Assembly: GCA_018238545.1 (NCBI GenBank) | Contig: JABCTC010000055.1 | Coordinates: forward strand, 1-20,179 | Length of the DNA: 20,179 nt | From: Candidatus Heimdallarchaeota archaeon | Lineage (GTDB): Archaea > Asgardarchaeota > Heimdallarchaeia > Heimdallarchaeales > Heimdallarchaeaceae | Direction: 5' to 3' | Position numbers and translations under genes: made by a program | Notes under the pieces: model-generated | Seen by the model: the letters and a program-made list of their open reading frames with translations, nothing else | Told to the model about the DNA's origin: nothing | Databases searched by the model: none | Shown: piece by piece, positions 16,109 through 20,179 of the stretch | Layout: each line of letters opens with the position of its first letter | How positions within the stretch are numbered: the stretch's first letter is position 1

Positions 16109-17212
16109 TTATTCTTCCCAAATTATCTCTTCGTAGGTTGCTGCGACATTGCAAGTACCTTCGTGACTTACCATACAAGCTCCAATGGGGTAATCTGGTC
16201 TACAAGATTTGTTAAAGAGTTTACATTTTTGGGGTTTGGATTTTCCTATTAGGATTTCATCACAAATACAACCATCACGTAGATCTTCAGTTGGTAGATT
16301 AGGGATGTCGAATTTCTTTTTGGCATCTATATGTGCATATTTATCGTTTATCTCGTGACCTGTTCCCGGCCAAATGCCCAATCCTCTCCATCGAGCATCG
16401 GATAAGACGAAGGCATCGTCAACAATTCGTAGAGCTGCAGAGTTACCTTCTTGCTTAACGTATCTCTTATACACATTGTCCACACGAGCTGTACCTTCTA
16501 TGATTTGTTTAAGAACGGCATGAATCCCAAGCAAGATATCCACAGGTTCAAAACCAGCTATGGAAACAGGAAAATTATATTTTTCTGGAATGAACTCATA
16601 GGGTTTTGCACCTATGATTGTAGATACATGTCCAGGGGCTAAGAATCCATCAAACTCTAAATCATCTCTTTGTAATAATAGTTCCATTGCAGGAGGAACA
16701 ACTTTGTGTGAAGAATAAATGCTGAAATTAGGCAATTTAGTTCTTACAACTTCAGCAGCTGTAACACAAGAAGTAGTTTCAAAACCAACACTGAAAAAAA
16801 CAAATTCTGTTTCAGGATTCTTTTCTGCAAGTTTTATAGCATCACTAACACCATAAACAATTTGAATATTGACACCTCTTCCTTGTGCTTGATACAAAGA
16901 TTCAGTAGAAGAGGGAACTCGCATCATATCACCAAAAGTAGTGATAGTAACGTTATGGTTATCAGCTATCCAAAGAACTTCATCAATATCTTGAGCAGAA
17001 CAGACACAGACAGGGCAACCAGGGCCAGCAATTAGGTCTATGTTCTTAGGTAATAACGACCTTAATCCTGCTTTAACTAAATCATGCTCATGTGTTCCAC
17101 AAACATGCATAATTCTAACTGTTTCGCTAGATCTCTCTGCTAAAGTTCTAATTTTCTTAGTCAGTATATTTACTACATCTTTATCTCTATACTTCTGTGT
17201 CGGTCCTGACAA
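16109..17212 (-). CDS. hypD: Hydrogenase maturation protein HypD.
   Basis: Conserved motifs: MHVCGTHE, GPGCPVCV, GFETT, PGHVS, and a C-terminal Cys cluster (CxxxxxxxxxxxxC...CR). There is no in-frame ATG upstream of the conserved MHVCGTHE, so the start must be non-ATG (TTG 17212 in the track). Confidence 0.9.
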   Translation of the reverse strand: MSGPTQKYRDKDVVNILTKKIRTLAERSSETVRIMHVCGTHEHDLVKAGLRSLLPKNIDLIAGPGCPVCVCSAQDIDEVLWIADNHNVTITTFGDMMRVPSSTESLYQAQGRGVNIQIVYGVSDAIKLAEKNPETEFVFFSVGFETTSCVTAAEVVRTKLPNFSIYSSHKVVPPAMELLLQRDDLEFDGFLAPGHVSTIIGAKPYEFIPEKYNFPVSIAGFEPVDILLGIHAVLKQIIEGTARVDNVYKRYVKQEGNSAALRIVDDAFVLSDARWRGLGIWPGTGHEINDKYAHIDAKKKFDIPNLPTEDLRDGCICDEILIGKSKPQKCKLFNKSCRPDYPIGACMVSHEGTCNVAATYEEIIWEE

Positions 17213-17338
17213 TGTTCCTCTAGCTCCTTGTACTTGACGAAAAATCTATATTAATAAATAACTTCTTCTCTTGGACAAATATTCAGATCGTTACATCCTT
17301 TACTTGAAGTTCAGGTAAACAAATTATTAAGTGCAGCT

Positions 17339-17884
17339 TCAATTATTGTTTCGAGCTTTGTCTGCTAAATCAATTCTTTCAACAAGAAAATCTGCAAATT
17401 CATCTGCTGCCTTAGTACACTCATCTGATAAAGGTGTTTGAAAAACCATGCTTTTTGGTTGGATTCCCACGTAAAGAGTTACAAGATCTGGTATGTCAGG
17501 TTTAAGAAATTCTTCTAACATTGTTACAGAGAGTGTATGGGTTGACAATTGGAAACCTTTCGATACAAGTTCTTTTGAAAAGATTGCTATAGCCCCCGGT
17601 ATCTCTTTCATATCTGCGGCATCTAATAACAATATCCTGTTAGGACTTAGTTTGGCTATCTTTCCAAGAAAATGTTCAGGCACTCGTTCACAATAAAAAT
17701 TTGTTACCCAATCAGGTACGTTTGCTAGTTGAAGACTCATTAAAACATATAGTCCTACTGCATCGTCTCCATTATCTTCATTACCGATTCCAAGGATAGC
17801 AAGTTTGTCTGCACCACTAAGAAAATCATCTATCTTTTGAATGAACTCTTGGGTAAACCCTTTGCCTTTTGTAGATTCTGACAT
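17339..17884 (-). CDS. hycI: Hydrogenase maturation endopeptidase (HycI/HybD family).
   Basis: GIGNEDNGDDAVG (GxGNxxxxDDGxG), LLLDAADM, STHTLS and GIQP motifs, collinear with E. coli HycI. Confidence 0.85.
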   Translation of the reverse strand: MSESTKGKGFTQEFIQKIDDFLSGADKLAILGIGNEDNGDDAVGLYVLMSLQLANVPDWVTNFYCERVPEHFLGKIAKLSPNRILLLDAADMKEIPGAIAIFSKELVSKGFQLSTHTLSVTMLEEFLKPDIPDLVTLYVGIQPKSMVFQTPLSDECTKAADEFADFLVERIDLADKARNNN

Positions 17885-17951
17885 TAAGATAATGCCACGT
17901 GAATGAGTTGATAAGTTCTTCTTTTGTAAATATAAGAAGATACATTGCGAA

Positions 17952-18842
17952 TTATGTATCTTTTATTTGTTGTAGAAAGTGTAACACATATTTGCTGCAT
18001 TCCTCAGGAAAGAATAACCAAACATAAGCATGCATACCTCCTTTAACATGAACTATTTTACTATCAGACAAATAACTACGAAAATGGTTTAATGCATTCT
18101 GAAGCCGATCATTCTCCCACTCCCTTTCTCCTGGCATGAAAAGAACAGGTGTTTTAATTTCTTTATAATACTCCTCAAACTTGAATTTTGTATACAATTT
18201 CATATAGCTCTCACTCACCCAGAGTGGAACTGTTCCTGAATATTTACCTTCAGGAGTTTCGTATATCTCATATTCAGTTATGATTTTAATATGATCATTC
18301 CAGAACCCTTTTGGTTCATAATTTTCTCTAAGAATCTTCATCATTTCTTCAGGAGAATCATAAAATACTTCTGATGCTCGAACACGTTTCATCATTACTT
18401 CTTGTTCTTTCTCTTTTTCTTCCTCGGATGGATTACTCAACCCATAAGGACCATAAACATTATTCATTGCGCTACCCTCTATGACTAATGAAAGAGCCTT
18501 CTGAGGATATCTAGCAGCAATACTTACAGATAATTCTGCACCAAGAGAACTTCCAACAAAATGGGCTTTTTCTACATTGAGTTTTTCCATCAATACTATA
18601 ATGTCATCAGCCATTTCATCAATATGATAACTGCTCTTAGGTTTATCAGATAAACCATGTCCTCGATAATCTGGAAGTATCAACCTATACTTGCCTTCAA
18701 AAAAAGGAACGACGCCATTCCACATTGCTAAAGATGAAAAACCGAAATGAAGGAAAATAATAGTTTCTCCATCATAAGGATATTCGTGATAATGTATATT
18801 AACCCCGTTTACATCTACAAAATCATCAATCATTTTTTTCAC
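17952..18842 (-). CDS. Alpha/beta-fold hydrolase.
   Basis: HG oxyanion motif (FLHFGFSS), nucleophile elbow GSSLG (HFVGSSLGA), a lid insertion, and a C-terminal His region (GGMHAY). It is AT-rich like the upstream genes. Confidence 0.8.
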   Translation of the reverse strand: MKKMIDDFVDVNGVNIHYHEYPYDGETIIFLHFGFSSLAMWNGVVPFFEGKYRLILPDYRGHGLSDKPKSSYHIDEMADDIIVLMEKLNVEKAHFVGSSLGAELSVSIAARYPQKALSLVIEGSAMNNVYGPYGLSNPSEEEKEKEQEVMMKRVRASEVFYDSPEEMMKILRENYEPKGFWNDHIKIITEYEIYETPEGKYSGTVPLWVSESYMKLYTKFKFEEYYKEIKTPVLFMPGEREWENDRLQNALNHFRSYLSDSKIVHVKGGMHAYVWLFFPEECSKYVLHFLQQIKDT

Positions 18843-18902
18843 TTTTTCTAGGATTGTTAATAAGAAGAATATTACTGAGCCAGTTATTAATTTGTTGTAA
18901 AA

Positions 18903-19544
18903 CTAACCAGAAATAGTAGCCTTACGCGATAAGTGCGTTTTATTAATACCAATAGATCGCAGAAAAAGAGCAACAAGCTCATTGCTAAGCTCATAAAGAC
19001 TAAGATCAATCAGCCTGTCCTGAGGTTGCAGACACTTCTGTATCAGTACTTCCCGCACCATGCCCTGAAACATCAGGCCGGCAGTTAAGATGGTTTTTTC
19101 ACGGTTGGGGACATCATAGGGCAGATATTCATTTAAGCCGAATTCGATGTAATCGGTGAAACTCTTCCAGCGATTTTGAAAAAATGCCAGTGTTGCCGGG
19201 TTGCCTTCGAGCAGGCTGTGCAGTTCTATTTTTAATATGTCGGGGTTTTTCGCCACGTTTTCAATGAAGACCTGAGTCATTCCGGCGAGAGCGTCTTCGA
19301 AGCGTGTACCATGATTAACGATGGTATCGACATAGCTTTGGCGTTGGCAGGAAAATTTTTCCAGCACGGCATTGTAAAGCGCCTGCTTTGAATTGAAGTG
19401 CCGGTAAAGAATGGCGGGACTAACATTGACGGCGCGGGCAATCTCATCGACTGAAACGCCATGTAGTCCCTTATTAGCAAAAAGGCCCTGAGCGGCAGAG
19501 AGTATGGACTCTCTTCGTTCAGGGCCTGATAGTCGCTGGCTCAC
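18903..19544 (-). CDS. TetR/AcrR-family transcriptional regulator (bacterial-like composition).
   Basis: N-terminal TetR HTH (ILSAAQGLFANKGLHGVSVDEIARAVNVSPAILYRHFNSKQALY). GC is visibly higher than in all genes to the left. Confidence 0.85.
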   Translation of the reverse strand: MSQRLSGPERRESILSAAQGLFANKGLHGVSVDEIARAVNVSPAILYRHFNSKQALYNAVLEKFSCQRQSYVDTIVNHGTRFEDALAGMTQVFIENVAKNPDILKIELHSLLEGNPATLAFFQNRWKSFTDYIEFGLNEYLPYDVPNREKTILTAGLMFQGMVREVLIQKCLQPQDRLIDLSLYELSNELVALFLRSIGINKTHLSRKATISG

Positions 19545-19589
19545 GGTGACTTGTCCTAATGGACTTGTGAGGCAAGCTTATGCTGCTTT

Positions 19590-19808
19590 TTAGATAGCAA
19601 ATACAAATTTGCCGTCTTCTTCGCCGCTTGAAACTAGCTCGTTACCGGTTTGTTTGCAAAAAGCTTCGAAGTCTTTTACAGAACCTGGGTCGGTAGCGAT
19701 AATTTTAAGCGTTTGACCTGCGTCTAAAGCTGAGATTGCTTTTTTAGCGCGTAAGATAGGTAGTGGGCAGTTTAGGCCGCTTGCATCTAATTCTGAATCA
19801 AAGTCCAT
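19590..19808 (-). CDS. tusA: TusA/SirA-like sulfur-carrier protein.
   Basis: 72 aa with the LDASGLNCPLPILRAKKA (CPxP) active-site motif. A strong bacterial SD (gaggag) lies 7 nt upstream of the ATG. Confidence 0.85.
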   Translation of the reverse strand: MDFDSELDASGLNCPLPILRAKKAISALDAGQTLKIIATDPGSVKDFEAFCKQTGNELVSSGEEDGKFVFAI

Positions 19809-19863
19809 AATAAACTCCTCATTGTTAATTTGTAATTATAAAAGTACATCGTTTATTTAAATA

Positions 19864-19877
19864 AGTAAACGTTTACT
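19864..19877. promoter_or_regulatory. Perfect 14-bp palindrome agtaaacgtttact upstream of the tusA-tetR unit. Candidate TetR-type operator.
   Basis: It is self-complementary (agtaaac/gtttact) and 56-69 nt upstream of the tusA ATG. A tataat (minus strand, 19835-19840) lies between it and the gene. A second near-palindrome, gtttatttaaataa(gt)aaac, overlaps it. Confidence 0.3.
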
Positions 19878-19929
19878 AACTTACGAGAGTTGTGTGCTAA
19901 AGTCAAGTGACCTTGGTCTAGAATGTGTC

Positions 19930-20179
19930 TTATTCGTTGGGGTTTGGTCGTTTTGACCAGAAAAAGGCTAATGTGGATCCACTTAAATTATGCCAAATGC
20001 TGAAAATGGCACCTGGAAGTGCTGCAGCTGCAGAAAAATGTTTTATTGCTAGCGCCACGGCCAGTCCTGAGTTCTGCATGCCAACTTCGATGGCCATCGT
20101 TCGGCATTCGCGAGGTTGATAGCCTAACCATTTTGCGAAACTATAGCCTGTAAAAAGACCAATAAGATTATGCATAGCG
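19930..20179 (-). CDS. Bile acid:Na+ symporter (BASS/SBF) family transporter, C-terminal fragment. The ORF is open to the window edge.
   Basis: MAIEVGMQNSGLAVALA is the conserved BASS motif, followed by the last TM helices. The frame continues without a stop beyond 20175 to the window end. Confidence 0.75.
   Translation of the reverse strand, partial: AMHNLIGLFTGYSFAKWLGYQPRECRTMAIEVGMQNSGLAVALAIKHFSAAAALPGAIFSIWHNLSGSTLAFFWSKRPNPNE

Noticed and set aside
19277-20119. Nested ORFs 19277..19480 (-) and 19925..20119 (+) in the GC-richer segment.
   Set aside because: They are alternative-frame or antisense to the TetR and BASS genes, which have clear family motifs. They are typical GC-rich shadow ORFs.

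Overview
About 18.9 kb of AT-rich DNA is followed by about 1.3 kb of clearly GC-richer DNA. My counts of single 60-nt lines gave 25-37% GC around 18.84-18.96 kb and about 53% at 19.02-19.08 kb. The AT-rich part looks archaeal and the GC-richer part looks bacterial. I cannot name the organism.

Gene content, left to right:
- A 5S rRNA-derived locus whose two halves are in swapped (circularly permuted) order.
- A small hypothetical gene.
- An RPA32-like OB-fold/winged-helix protein.
- An archaeal/eukaryotic-type (MtaB/CDKAL1-like) radical-SAM methylthiotransferase.
- gyrB-gyrA. gyrA has the GyrA box, so this is a true gyrase, and it is split by a 434-aa LAGLIDADG intein directly after the active-site Tyr.
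- A thioredoxin divergent from a small Cys-containing wHTH regulator.
- An acidic protein with a 33-bp tandem repeat.
- An MFS transporter.
- A translationally coupled four-gene hyc-like group-4 [NiFe]-hydrogenase module (NuoC-, NuoD-, NuoI- and NuoB-like) with no membrane subunit genes nearby.
- An unknown 228-aa ORF.
- hypC, hypD and a HycI-like endopeptidase.
- An alpha/beta hydrolase.
- After the compositional break: a TetR regulator, a TusA-like protein and a partial BASS/SBF transporter, with bacterial-style SD and -10 signals.

The most unusual observation is the permuted 5S locus at 21-208. Its canonical 5'/3' ends are joined by a UUCG-capped helix I. The new ends are clamped by a 10-bp stem, and relics of the lost halves flank the core.

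All calls come from reading the sequence and from motif recall. No searches were run.
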